Source of the DNA: Verrucomicrobiota bacterium
Lineage (GTDB): Bacteria > Verrucomicrobiota > Verrucomicrobiia > Limisphaerales > AAA164-E04
Direction of reading: 5' to 3'
Length of the DNA stretch: 64,000 nucleotides
Assembly (NCBI GenBank): GCA_047947115.1
Contig: CP170459.1
Coordinates: 1,184,001 to 1,248,000 of the forward strand
Positions 1-10,191 of the stretch are shown here, piece after piece (positions within the stretch are counted from its first letter, which is position 1; every line of letters starts with the position of its first letter). The position numbers were made by a program, and so were the translations under genes. The notes beneath the pieces are model-generated. The model was given only the letters and a program-made list of their open reading frames with translations, was not told where the DNA came from and ran no database searches.

Positions 1-212
1 CCCGTGCGAAGCAATTCAAGGATATGATGATTGCTTATGACTCCGCGCCGGATGTCTTCAAGCAGCGCAAGTATTACGATACCATCGCGAATTCGCTCAC
101 CAATGTACGTAAATACATCATAGGCCCTGAGCAGGTGGACGAAACTTTCATGCTCAATTTAGAAGACAACATTCGTTATGACCTGCTCGATGCACGTCCC
201 GAAGAACGCTAA
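1..212 (+). CDS. SPFH/HflK-like protein, C-terminal fragment (5' end outside window)
   Basis: Frame is open from the window start (RAKQFKDMMIAYDSAPDVFKQRKYYDTI...), resembling the HflK C-terminal Y..AP.V...R.Y..T segment; lies directly upstream of an hflC-like gene. Confidence 0.65.
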   Translation, partial: RAKQFKDMMIAYDSAPDVFKQRKYYDTIANSLTNVRKYIIGPEQVDETFMLNLEDNIRYDLLDARPEER

Positions 213-263
213 AACCATTTGATTTAAACCCGAAAGACCCAATTTTTAATTCGTATCCGACTT

Positions 264-1187
264 ATGAACAAACATCCGATATCGTTAGTCACCGGCGGCA
301 TTCTACTGCTGATCTTCGCCTCGATCCTTTTCTGTTTCCAGGTGCGTCAGTCCGAAGTAGCCGTGGTCACCACGTTTGGAAAATACTCGCGCACCATCAC
401 CGAACCCGGACTCCGGTTCAAGATGCCGTGGCCTATTCAGAAGGTGTATCGTTTCGACAACCGCCTTCAGAACTTCGAACGCAAGTTCGAGCAGACCACC
501 ACGGGTGATGCCAAGCCATTGATCATTGAAGTCTACATCGGCTGGAAGATCAGTGATCCCGCCATCTTCCTGGAACGCTTTAATGGAGACGTTTCCAAGG
601 CCGAACAAAACCTGGAAAGCCTGGTGCGCGACGCCAAGAACAGCGTCATCGGTCAGCATCCATTCCGCGACCTCATTTCTCCCCGCGAAGAGGATTTGAA
701 ATTTGACGACATCGAACAGGAAATCGCCGAAGCCATCCGCGCCGAAGCCAAGGACGGTTACGGTATTGAAGTGGCTTTCGCAGGCATCAAGCAGATCGGA
801 TTGCCGGAAAGCAACACCAAGAAGGTGTTCGAGCGTATGCGCGCCGATCGTCAGCGTCTGGTCAGCCAGTATCAGGGCGAGGGCGACAGCAAAGCCCGCA
901 TGATCCGCTCCCAGGCCGAAGCCGAACGCGAGCGTATCCTCAACGAAGCACGCGCCAAGGCCATCGAAATCGAAGGTCAGGCCGAAGCGAATGCCAGCGA
1001 ATACTACAAGGTCTTCCAACAAAATCCCGAACTCGCCAAGCTGATTCTTGGCCTGGATGCTCTCGAGGCTGCCACCAAGGAAAAGACCACCATGGTGATC
1101 GATCCAACCACCCCTCCGTTCAACTTGTTGTCCGAAGGTTCTAAGGGCAATGGAGACAAGAAAACGGCTGAAGACCTCAAGTTCTGA
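264..1187 (+). CDS. hflC: HflC-like SPFH/Band 7 membrane protein
   Basis: N-terminal TM, then AVVTTFGK, PGLRFKMPWP, VFERMRADR and an Ala/Glu coiled-coil. Confidence 0.9.
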   Translation: MNKHPISLVTGGILLLIFASILFCFQVRQSEVAVVTTFGKYSRTITEPGLRFKMPWPIQKVYRFDNRLQNFERKFEQTTTGDAKPLIIEVYIGWKISDPAIFLERFNGDVSKAEQNLESLVRDAKNSVIGQHPFRDLISPREEDLKFDDIEQEIAEAIRAEAKDGYGIEVAFAGIKQIGLPESNTKKVFERMRADRQRLVSQYQGEGDSKARMIRSQAEAERERILNEARAKAIEIEGQAEANASEYYKVFQQNPELAKLILGLDALEAATKEKTTMVIDPTTPPFNLLSEGSKGNGDKKTAEDLKF

Positions 1188-1250
1188 GGAACCAACGGTG
1201 GTTCATAACACTCCGATTGGAAGAATTGATTTAATGAAGGTGAATGCGTC

Positions 1251-2393
1251 ATGAGTGACCCTAAAAAACCTGATCTGCCGGATTTGCCGGAGAAGATAGA
1301 TGTCAACGTTGGCAAAGAACCTGAGGAGGCGCCCATTGTGCGTCCCATGGAAGATTCCGGTACACGCGCCCTGGCCGATGCTTTGTCCAGCAGTTTCAAG
1401 ATCATCAAGGTACTGATGATCGGACTGGTGGTGATCTTCCTTGGCTCCGGAATCTTTACCGTGGAACCCAACGAAGTTGCAGTTGTGCTAAGATTTGGCA
1501 AGCCACTTGGTACCGGACCGGATCAAGTGCTCCAGCAGGGACTGCACTGGTCGTTTCCATCTCCGATTGATGAGATCGTCAAGATTCCCATCGGTGAAAC
1601 GCGTTCGATCATTGCGACCAATTCATGGTACGCTGTGACACCGGAACAGGAGATTTCAGGTCAATTGCCCTACGCCATGCCTTCATTGCGACCGGGTGTG
1701 GATGGCTATGCATTGACGGCGGATGGAAACATTGTTCACGTCCGGGCCACTGCTCAATACCTGATCAATGATCCGGTTGCCTATGAGTTTAATTTCCGTC
1801 AGACAACCGATTTGTTGAAGAATGCATTAAACAACGCCATTCTTTATGCCTCGGCTCAGTTTGATGCTGACGATGTGCTCTACAAAAATCGACTCGGTCA
1901 CAAGGAGAAGGTCAGGTCAAGGTTCCTGCAAATCATTCAAAACGCCAAGTTGGGCATTGAACTGCAATCCTTGGATGTGGTGACTTACCCGCCGCTGTTC
2001 GTCAAAGAAGCATTTGATACCGTGACCCAGACCGAACAGGACGTCAGCAAGATGCGCAACGAAGCTGAAGGGGAAGCCGCCGAAATCCTGCGCCGAGCCG
2101 AAGGCGAAGCCCAGGCGATCATCAACGATGGTCTGACCCGAAGCAACCGCATCACCAGCATGGTCACGGCCGATGCCAAAACATTTACGGACCTGCTGCC
2201 TCATTACGAAGCCGATCCTGAGTTTTTCCGCCAGCGCGCCATTATTGAGCGTATGGGTAAAATCCTGGAAAATTCGAATGACACCTGGATGTTGCCAAGA
2301 GCCAAGGACGGCCAAAACCAGGAACTGCGTTTGCAGTTGAATCGCGAACCCACCCTGACGGGAGGCAAGGACGAGGGAAGTGAAGAGAATTAA
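1251..2393 (+). CDS. hflK: HflK-like SPFH/Band 7 membrane protein
   Basis: TM followed by SGIFTVEPNEVAVVLRFGK, GLHWSFPSPI, LTADGNIV, PPLFVKEAFD, EAEGEA coiled-coil. Confidence 0.85.
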   Translation: MSDPKKPDLPDLPEKIDVNVGKEPEEAPIVRPMEDSGTRALADALSSSFKIIKVLMIGLVVIFLGSGIFTVEPNEVAVVLRFGKPLGTGPDQVLQQGLHWSFPSPIDEIVKIPIGETRSIIATNSWYAVTPEQEISGQLPYAMPSLRPGVDGYALTADGNIVHVRATAQYLINDPVAYEFNFRQTTDLLKNALNNAILYASAQFDADDVLYKNRLGHKEKVRSRFLQIIQNAKLGIELQSLDVVTYPPLFVKEAFDTVTQTEQDVSKMRNEAEGEAAEILRRAEGEAQAIINDGLTRSNRITSMVTADAKTFTDLLPHYEADPEFFRQRAIIERMGKILENSNDTWMLPRAKDGQNQELRLQLNREPTLTGGKDEGSEEN

Positions 2394-2460
2394 TTATAAG
2401 AAGTGAGTTCTGTTACTGAGAACAAGCGCCTAAACAAAACGTCTTAATCCATCTGAAGTC

Positions 2461-4485
2461 ATGCAAATCACCTCACTTTTAAGCCAGAAATCCGATGACC
2501 ACCATCATCATCACCACCATGATGATCACGATCATTGCGATGGTTGCGGCCACGACCACGAACATACCGAGATCCGGCTCAATCAAATCCTGATCGGTCT
2601 TCTGTTCATCATCAACTCCTTCATTATCCACTATTTCTTCGAGAACGGAAAAGTGGTGGGAGATGTCAACGCCATGATCGGTGCCGTCCTCCTGGGATAT
2701 CCGATTGTCTGGACCGCCATCAAAGACCTGCGCAAAGGACGCCTGAGCACCAATGAACTGGTTGCTTTAGCTGTGCTGGCCTCATTTGCTTCCGGAGAGT
2801 ATCAGGAATCGGGTCTGGTTGCCTTCTTCATGTTGCTGGGTGAAATCATCGAAACCCGCACCGCCGAAGGCGCACGCGCTTCCATCGAATCACTCGTCAA
2901 ACTGACACCCACCAAGGCGCGTCGTATCAAAGGCAACAAAGAAGAAGAAGTCGAAGTCAAAGATTTGAAAGTGGGGGATGTCATCCGTATTCGTCCCGGT
3001 GACAACATCGCTGCCGACGGTGTGATCACCAGCGGTCAGGGTTCCATCAACCAGGCCAACATCACCGGTGAATCCTTGCCCGTTGACAAAAAAGACGGGG
3101 ACGAAGTCTTTGCCGGTACACAGAACCTGACCGGTGTGCTTGAGGTCAAAGTCAGTCGTGCCGACGCTGACACCACACTCGGTCGCGTGCACGATCTGAT
3201 CCTTGCTGCGGAAAAGACCAAGTTGCCGATCATGCGCATTGTGGATCAATACATGGGATTTTACACTCCGCTGGTTCTTTTGGTAGGCGCTTTGGTCTGG
3301 GCATTCACCCAGGATTTGAGCCGTGTGATTACCGTATTCATCATTGCCTGTCCCTGTGCGTTCATTCTGGCCACACCGACCGCGATGGTGGCTGCGCTTT
3401 CTTCGGCGGCTCGCTTGGGGATCTTGATCAAGAACGTCGCGGACATTGAACTATCCGCCAAAATCAACGCTTTCATCTTCGATAAAACCGGAACCTTGAC
3501 GACCGGTAAACTGGCCGTCAGTCGACTTGCGCCACAGGACGGAGTCAAACCCGCCGAATTGTTGCACCTGGCTGCATCCGCTGAAAAATACAGCAACCAT
3601 CCGACTGCCAAAGCCTTGGCAAATCTTGCCAAAGAAGCAGGTTTGGAATTGTCCGAACCGGGTGATTTCAAGGAAACAGCCGGTAAGGGGATCACCGCCA
3701 ACGTGGATGGGGAAGCAATCATTGTAGGACGCGCCAATTGGTTGAAAGACAACGGGCTCACTGATGATTTTGCCAGCAGCGTGGATTTGAGCGAAGCGGA
3801 AGGTTACAGTCTTCTTTATGTGGCTCGCGGTGGGAAGTTCATCGGATGGGTGGGGCTTCAGGATCAAACCCGTACCGAAGCCAAAGAATCCCTCGCCGAA
3901 CTGGTCGACTCCGATATCCGTCGCATTGCGATGGTGTCCGGTGACCGTCAACCCGTTGCCGCTCGTGTAGCGCGTGAGATTGGTTGTGAAGAGGTTGTGG
4001 CCGAATGCCTGCCACAGGACAAAGTGAAATACGTCCACAAGATGAAGGCCAAAGGTTACCGCGTGGCCGTGGTGGGTGACGGTGTGAACGATGCCCCTGC
4101 GCTGGCTGCCGGTGATCTGGGCATTGCGATGGGCGCTGCCGGAAGTGAAGTGGCGATACATAGCGCGACCATTGCACTGATGAACAATGACCTTCGTCGT
4201 CTGCCGTTTCTGGTCAAACTTTCCCGCCAGACCCGGTCGGTCATCAATCAGAACTTTTTATTCGGCGTGGTTTTTGTGATCGGTGGTTTTGTCCTGGCAT
4301 CCATGGCCTACATCAACCCGATCCTAGCGGCCGTGTTGCACGTGGTCGGGTCGTTGTTGGTTGTGTTCAACAGTTTCAGACTAGTGCGGTCCGGAGAAGA
4401 ATTGGAACCATTCCAGCATTCCGAAGAGGAATCTTCCGAAAGCACGGAAACTACCGCGCCCAAACCGGCTACGCAGCCCGCTTAA
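2461..4485 (+). CDS. Heavy-metal-translocating P1B-type ATPase with His-rich N-terminus
   Basis: HHHHHHHDDHDHCDGCGHDH N-terminus, TGES, CPC, DKTGTLT, SNHP and GDGVNDAPALA motifs. Confidence 0.95.
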   Translation: MQITSLLSQKSDDHHHHHHHDDHDHCDGCGHDHEHTEIRLNQILIGLLFIINSFIIHYFFENGKVVGDVNAMIGAVLLGYPIVWTAIKDLRKGRLSTNELVALAVLASFASGEYQESGLVAFFMLLGEIIETRTAEGARASIESLVKLTPTKARRIKGNKEEEVEVKDLKVGDVIRIRPGDNIAADGVITSGQGSINQANITGESLPVDKKDGDEVFAGTQNLTGVLEVKVSRADADTTLGRVHDLILAAEKTKLPIMRIVDQYMGFYTPLVLLVGALVWAFTQDLSRVITVFIIACPCAFILATPTAMVAALSSAARLGILIKNVADIELSAKINAFIFDKTGTLTTGKLAVSRLAPQDGVKPAELLHLAASAEKYSNHPTAKALANLAKEAGLELSEPGDFKETAGKGITANVDGEAIIVGRANWLKDNGLTDDFASSVDLSEAEGYSLLYVARGGKFIGWVGLQDQTRTEAKESLAELVDSDIRRIAMVSGDRQPVAARVAREIGCEEVVAECLPQDKVKYVHKMKAKGYRVAVVGDGVNDAPALAAGDLGIAMGAAGSEVAIHSATIALMNNDLRRLPFLVKLSRQTRSVINQNFLFGVVFVIGGFVLASMAYINPILAAVLHVVGSLLVVFNSFRLVRSGEELEPFQHSEEESSESTETTAPKPATQPA

Positions 4486-4513
4486 CAGCCAAGACGTCCA
4501 TCAAAGGAACCTT

Positions 4514-5761
4514 ATGGTAACCGAAAACACAGAAGCATTGATTGGTTCAAAAGGAACATCTGATAAAGCAGGAGATGTTGTCGTCTCAGTGCGAGGCCTG
4601 ACAAAGGTGTTCAAGGATTTCTGGGGACGCCCCAAGGCCAAAGCGGTCAACAACGTTGATTTTGAAGTGCGCCGGGGCGAAGTGTTCGGTCTGCTCGGAC
4701 CCAATGGTTCCGGCAAATCCACCACCATCAAAATGCTCCTGGGTCTTCTCTATCCCACCAAAGGGCATATCGAGGTGTTCGGACATTCTCCGCGTCACGT
4801 TGCTACAAAGTCACGTATCGGTTACCTCCCTGAAGAATCCTATCTGTATCGTTATCTTGATTCCAAGGAGACGCTCGATTTCTTCGGAAATCTGTTCAAC
4901 CTGAATTCGGTCGAACGTCGCAAACGCGCCGAGCAGTTGATCGAAATGGTTGGTCTGAACAACGCCCGCAGCCGACAGGTGGGAGAGTTTTCCAAGGGGA
5001 TGCAACGCCGTATCGGTCTTGCACAGGCTTTGATCAATGATCCCGATCTGGTGATTCTCGATGAACCCACTGCGGGACTTGATCCGATCGGTTGTCGCGA
5101 GATCAAGGACCTGATTGTAGCCCTGGCCAAGCGCGGAAAAACAGTTATTCTCAGTAGTCACTTGTTGTCTGATGTTGAAGATGTCTGTGACAGGGTGGTG
5201 ATTTACTATGGCGGAAAAATCCAGGCCAAAGGAACCTTGCAGGAACTGCTCACCGAACCGGATGTCACACGGATCACATCACCTGTTTTGAAACGGGAAA
5301 CGATGGACAAGATTTTGGACATCATCCGTTCAGAGATCAAATCCGACGATGTATCGATTGATAACCCGACGCAGAATCTGGAGAGTTACTTCCTGGGTGT
5401 GGTGAAAAATGCCATTGCACAGGAAACCACCACCTCTGGTGCAGTGGCTGGCAAGGTGGCCGAATATCTTCAAGGTTCGGCGGAGGAACAATCTGTTTCC
5501 CGCAACAAGATGTTGGATCGCCTGACCGTCGCCGAAGCCAAACAAGCGGCCCCTGCTCCGGCAGAAACGCCCGCTGAAAATGTGGATCACGCCAAGCTCG
5601 ATCAACTCGCTTCAAGCCAACCTGTTTCCAGTGCGGAACCGAAGGTTGAAAAGGCAGCGGCCAGGAAGGCTGATCTGGATGCGGCGAACGACAAGCTTTC
5701 CTCTCTGCTGGACGCAAGCTCCGACAAAGGGGCCAACGAATCTTCGGATAAAAAGGATTAA
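4514..5761 (+). CDS. ABC transporter ATP-binding protein with long low-complexity C-terminal tail
   Basis: Walker A GPNGSGKST, signature FSKGMQRR, Walker B VILDEPT, H-loop SSHLL. Confidence 0.95.
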   Translation: MVTENTEALIGSKGTSDKAGDVVVSVRGLTKVFKDFWGRPKAKAVNNVDFEVRRGEVFGLLGPNGSGKSTTIKMLLGLLYPTKGHIEVFGHSPRHVATKSRIGYLPEESYLYRYLDSKETLDFFGNLFNLNSVERRKRAEQLIEMVGLNNARSRQVGEFSKGMQRRIGLAQALINDPDLVILDEPTAGLDPIGCREIKDLIVALAKRGKTVILSSHLLSDVEDVCDRVVIYYGGKIQAKGTLQELLTEPDVTRITSPVLKRETMDKILDIIRSEIKSDDVSIDNPTQNLESYFLGVVKNAIAQETTTSGAVAGKVAEYLQGSAEEQSVSRNKMLDRLTVAEAKQAAPAPAETPAENVDHAKLDQLASSQPVSSAEPKVEKAAARKADLDAANDKLSSLLDASSDKGANESSDKKD

Positions 5762-5770
5762 AGAACGAAT

Positions 5771-7150
5771 ATGCAGGGATTGCTTGCCATCATAGGGTTG
5801 ACCATCAAGGCCGCCATCCGTTACCGGGTGGTGATCGTCCTGACAGGTTTGCTGCTGGCCTCGGTCGTGGTGTTGCCTCTGATGATCAAGCACGATGGTT
5901 CGGCCCAGGGTTTCACTCAGATTCTGCTGACCTATACCTTGAGCTCCATCACTTTCCTGCTTGGATTCGCCACTCTCTGGATTGCTTGTGGAAGCCTGGC
6001 ACGTGAGGTGCAGGAATGCCAGATGCAGATGCTGGCAGTGAAACCCATTCCCCGTTGGAAAATCTGGTTGGGAAAATGGTTGGGTATTGTGTTGATCAAT
6101 GCCGTTTTATTGGCCGTTTCATCGGGTGCCGTATATGGCATCACCATGTGGCGAGCCAGCCAGTTGACTGAAGATCAGCGCGCGGTCCTGGATGGAGAAA
6201 TTTTTGTGGCAAGAGGTTCGGCCAAACCGAACTACCCCGACATCGATCCTTACGTCGATGAATACATGGCCAAGCGCCTGGAGGAAAATCCCAACTTGGC
6301 CGACATGGATCCAACCTATGTGCGACAGCAAATGGTGGAACAGGTTAAAGTAGCCCATCAGATGGTCCGTCCCGGATATGTGCGTCGTTGGGTGATTCCC
6401 GTGGGATCACCTGAGTCGGTCAAAGATCAGGCCATGTATCTTCGTATCAAATTTTTCACCAGCCAACCTTACGACACCTCCACATACGATGTCCTTTGGG
6501 AAATCGGTCCACCTGAAACACCGCAGCGAGTGCTGCGTCAAATGGACATCTCTCCTGAAGCGCCTATAGAATTCGAAATCCCGCCCAATCTCGTGGATGC
6601 CAACGGGGTGCTGGTCGTTGATGTGACGAATGGCAGTCAGATTCCTTTGTTCTTCCCCATGGAGGACGGTATGGAGGCGCTTTACATGAAGGGTGGTTTT
6701 GGATGGAACTACATCCGGGGCATGGCAGTGGTTCTGTGCTGGATGAGTTTCCTGGCGGCAGTCGGATTGGCAGCGTCCAGTTTCCTGTCTTTCCCGGTGG
6801 CTTCATTTGTGTCAATTGCCTTGTTGATCGTTGGATTTTCCAGCGGCACCTTGAGCCAGGTGATCGAACAGGGTGGCATTGGTGGTATCAATCATGAAAC
6901 CGGAATGAAGGATGCACCATCCGCTTGGGATCATGTGGCCTTGCCCATCGCCAAGAGTGCGCTCAGCGTCATCAATCTGGTGAAGAATTTCTCACCGGTC
7001 AGCTTTCTCAGCACAGGACGGGATATTTCCATCGGCATATTGGCGACAGCCTTTGCCCAGATTGTTCTGGTGATGGGCGGCATATTTGCGGCCTTTGGCA
7101 TGTGGGCCTTTACCAGGAGTGAACTCGCAACCGCACAAGGAAACCAATGA
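5771..7150 (+). CDS. ABC-2-type permease with large extracytoplasmic domain
   Basis: N-terminal TMs, KPIPRWKIWLGKWLG loop motif, ~180-aa soluble loop, C-terminal TMs ending FTRSELA; 9 bp after the ATPase gene. Confidence 0.85.
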   Translation: MQGLLAIIGLTIKAAIRYRVVIVLTGLLLASVVVLPLMIKHDGSAQGFTQILLTYTLSSITFLLGFATLWIACGSLAREVQECQMQMLAVKPIPRWKIWLGKWLGIVLINAVLLAVSSGAVYGITMWRASQLTEDQRAVLDGEIFVARGSAKPNYPDIDPYVDEYMAKRLEENPNLADMDPTYVRQQMVEQVKVAHQMVRPGYVRRWVIPVGSPESVKDQAMYLRIKFFTSQPYDTSTYDVLWEIGPPETPQRVLRQMDISPEAPIEFEIPPNLVDANGVLVVDVTNGSQIPLFFPMEDGMEALYMKGGFGWNYIRGMAVVLCWMSFLAAVGLAASSFLSFPVASFVSIALLIVGFSSGTLSQVIEQGGIGGINHETGMKDAPSAWDHVALPIAKSALSVINLVKNFSPVSFLSTGRDISIGILATAFAQIVLVMGGIFAAFGMWAFTRSELATAQGNQ

Positions 7151-8664
7151 ACTTCATCACCGGAAAATATTCCAGATACGTTTTGAGCCTGTTCATGGTG
7201 ATCATGTTCGCGTGTGCCGGTTTTGTTCAGAAGGGGATGAACCATTCTCGTGCCGAGATGGGGTTGACCCGTCTGCAGCCGCTTGAAAACGCTCCTCCGG
7301 TTTTGGCGTTCACCACAGTGGCCCTCGGAGGATTTCGCGGTTTGATCTCCAACATGCTCTGGATCCGCGCCACGCAGCTTCAGGAAGACGGCAAATATTT
7401 CGAAATGGTTCAGCTCGCCGACTGGATCACCAAACTTCAACCGCACTTTGTCACCGTTTGGGTGCATCAGGCCTGGAATCTGGCCTACAATATTTCAGTC
7501 AAGTTTCCCGACCACCAGGATCGCTGGTTGTGGGTACAGCGGGGCATCGAGTTGTTGCGCGATTACGGACTGAAATACAATCCTCAGGAAACCCTCATCT
7601 ACCGCGAACTGGCCTGGTTTTTCCAACACAAAATGGGCGCCAACCTCGACGACGCCAACATGCTTTACAAAGCACAATGGGCCTCTGCCTGGGATGAACT
7701 TCTCAAGGATGGCAAACCTGATTACGATGTCCTGCTTAATCCACAGGAGCCCGAGGACAAGGAACGGTTGCGTATCATGTTTGAAGTTTACAAGACTGAT
7801 CCGGCTGTCATGCAGGAGGTCGATCAGGAATATGGCCCCTTCGAATGGCGTCTTCCCGAAGCGCACGCCATTTACTGGGCTTACCTTGGTCTGAAAGTTT
7901 CCGAACGTGAGAAGGATTACATTCAGTTGCGACGCGTCATTTTTCAAGGCATGCAACTGGCCTTTCTGCGAGGACGCATGATCGAATTTCCTGTCGCCGT
8001 ACCAGATGAACCGGGCGAATTCACCAAAGCCTACGAATACGGACCCAACCTCGAGATCATTGACAACACCAATCGCGCCTACGAAGAAATGATGGCTGCC
8101 GAAGAACAGTATTTCGACAACATCGGGACCGCCCACAAGAACTTCATCCGAACCGCCATCTATTTTCTCTACACCCACAATCGCATGGTGGAAGCCGAGA
8201 AATGGTATGACTACGTCCGCGAGAAATATCCGGATTCCATCGAAACAAGCCTGGAAGAATATGTGTTCGCACGAGTCGAGGAAGAATTTGGCAGCACTTC
8301 CCAGGATCGATTGAAAGCCATGCTGATGGGCTTTCTCGAGCGGGCCTTCCTGGATCTCGCAGTTGGGCAGGATGAGAAGGCCGTTGCCGGTGAATTGCTC
8401 GCCCGCAAGATGCGCAATCGCTACTACGATCAGATCACCGAAAGCCAGATCGCTCGCATCAAACTGCCGACCATCCAGGAAATGAAAGCCGAGCTTCTGG
8501 TTCGATTGCTTGATCCTGAAGAAGGACTCAACGAAATGCTGGTGCAACAACTTCGCACCCGACTGGGTTTGGCGGATGACTACGATCCCAAAGCAGCCCT
8601 TGGCGCTCTCAAGGCAAATCAACCGGTTGAGGAGCTGGAAGGACCACCGCCACCCGAGCTTTGA
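7147..8664 (+). CDS. Membrane-anchored helical protein of unknown function, ABC-associated
   Basis: 505-aa ORF overlapping the permease stop (ATGA); N-terminal TM; LGGFRGL..N.LW and QAWNLAYNISV motifs. Confidence 0.8.
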   Translation: MNFITGKYSRYVLSLFMVIMFACAGFVQKGMNHSRAEMGLTRLQPLENAPPVLAFTTVALGGFRGLISNMLWIRATQLQEDGKYFEMVQLADWITKLQPHFVTVWVHQAWNLAYNISVKFPDHQDRWLWVQRGIELLRDYGLKYNPQETLIYRELAWFFQHKMGANLDDANMLYKAQWASAWDELLKDGKPDYDVLLNPQEPEDKERLRIMFEVYKTDPAVMQEVDQEYGPFEWRLPEAHAIYWAYLGLKVSEREKDYIQLRRVIFQGMQLAFLRGRMIEFPVAVPDEPGEFTKAYEYGPNLEIIDNTNRAYEEMMAAEEQYFDNIGTAHKNFIRTAIYFLYTHNRMVEAEKWYDYVREKYPDSIETSLEEYVFARVEEEFGSTSQDRLKAMLMGFLERAFLDLAVGQDEKAVAGELLARKMRNRYYDQITESQIARIKLPTIQEMKAELLVRLLDPEEGLNEMLVQQLRTRLGLADDYDPKAALGALKANQPVEELEGPPPPEL

Positions 8665-8817
8665 GAAAGTTGCGTCGTCTGCAACTTTCATCCAGCCTCA
8701 CTCTCGTCCTGGAAGCAGGACTCATGCATCAAAGAAGCAACACTTCTCGTTGAAGTCAGCAATCGATCCTTTTTAGAGTTTCTCCCAGCCCAAAGGTGCG
8801 ATATATTCACCCACATC

Positions 8818-9099
8818 ATGAACACAATGACACGTCAACAGGTGTTGGATATGTATTTTATGGACGCCCGGCATAAGCTGATCGATCTGGCGGCTTTTCT
8901 GGATCGGGTGGATCGGTCGGAGGGCGAGGATGACTTTCGGATTCAGGCCTTTCGGGAAGCCATGCAGCATTTGGGATCGGGTGATACGGATCGCGCGGCC
9001 AAGGTTCTCATGACCTTCAGCGACCCGACTACGGAACCCATTCCGGCCGCCACCACCAAAGCAGCGTGCGGTGCCTGGCCCGGAGCAGACAACGGATAA
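8818..9099 (+). CDS. Small hypothetical protein upstream of TatD/EboB
   Basis: 93-aa ORF with host-like codon usage, 39 bp before the TatD-like gene. Confidence 0.7.
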   Translation: MNTMTRQQVLDMYFMDARHKLIDLAAFLDRVDRSEGEDDFRIQAFREAMQHLGSGDTDRAAKVLMTFSDPTTEPIPAATTKAACGAWPGADNG

Positions 9100-9138
9100 G
9101 AACAAATCGGGAACCCATTCAAACCAAGGATATTTGAC

Positions 9139-9945
9139 ATGCGATACATTGAACCCCACGGACACATGGTCAGCCGCACCACGGACGATTACCTGGCCAT
9201 GGTCACTGCCGGATGCCAGGCCGTCTGCGAACCCGCTTTCTGGGCGGGCTTCGACCGAAGCTCTGCCAATGGATTTTACGATTACTTTTGTCAGCTCACC
9301 GAACACGAACCCAAGCGCGCCGCCAAGTTCGGTCTTCCACATTATTCCTGGCTCTGCATCAATCCCAAGGAATCCGAAGACATCAAACTCGCCGACGATG
9401 TGCTGGCTTTGATTCCCGAATTCATCGACAAACCCAATGTTTTGGGTATCGGCGAAATCGGTCTGAACAAAAACAGTCGCAACGAATTGATCGTTCTTGA
9501 AAAACACATCCAGATTGCCGCCGAAAGCGATCAACTCATCCTGGTTCACACCCCGCACCTGGAAGACAAATACAAGGGTACCCGTTTGATCATGGATGCC
9601 CTGAAAAATGATTCCCGCATCAAACCCGAACGCTGCATCATTGATCACGTCGAAGAACACACCATCGGCATGGTGCTGGAAGAAGGTTTCTGGGCGGGCA
9701 TGACTCTTTACCCCGAATCCAAATGCAGTCCCAGCCGCGCCATCGACATGTTGGAGCGATTCGGCACCGAACGCATCTGGATGAACAGCGCTTGCGACTG
9801 GGGCATCAGCCGACCCCTGGCAGTCCCGCATACCGCTTTCGAAATGAAACAACGCGGCCACACCGCCGACTGGATCGACAAGGTGACCTTTCAAAATCCC
9901 ATCACCTTCATGAGCCAGTGCCCCAAATTCAAAATCAAACCTTGA
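9139..9945 (+). CDS. TatD-family metallohydrolase (EboB-like)
   Basis: EPHGHM, GIGEIGL, VHTPH, IIDH and NSACDWG motifs; adjacent to eboE. Confidence 0.85.
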   Translation: MRYIEPHGHMVSRTTDDYLAMVTAGCQAVCEPAFWAGFDRSSANGFYDYFCQLTEHEPKRAAKFGLPHYSWLCINPKESEDIKLADDVLALIPEFIDKPNVLGIGEIGLNKNSRNELIVLEKHIQIAAESDQLILVHTPHLEDKYKGTRLIMDALKNDSRIKPERCIIDHVEEHTIGMVLEEGFWAGMTLYPESKCSPSRAIDMLERFGTERIWMNSACDWGISRPLAVPHTAFEMKQRGHTADWIDKVTFQNPITFMSQCPKFKIKP

Positions 9946-9966
9946 TTCGATATATTACGTTCATCA

Positions 9967-9994
9967 GGTAGGGCATGCCCTGCTGGCGTGTCCG
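9967..9994 (+). repeat. GGTAGGG-type REP palindrome (single copy)
   Basis: GGTAGGGCATGCCCTGCTGGCGTGTCCG resembles the copies at 16240, 49789 and 58155. Confidence 0.6.
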
Positions 9995-10191
9995 TGGCTC
10001 TTGTTCATCTGGAGCATTGGATTTCCCTTTTTCACAGAAGTTCTCTCTTATGTTGCCTTAAAATCTGGTACATTCTGTTCATCCTGTCTGAAAACAAAAT
10101 CCACTGCAGCTCCACGCCTACCATTTGGCTTGCGAAAATGGTCTGTCTTCCTACATCATCATCCCGGACCAATTAACAATTCGAATCTGTT

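Noticed and set aside
303..9894. Long antisense ORFs (303-1022, 7495-8691, 8773-9894 and similar ones elsewhere)
   Set aside because: They are shadows of well-supported genes on the opposite strand and carry no recognisable motifs
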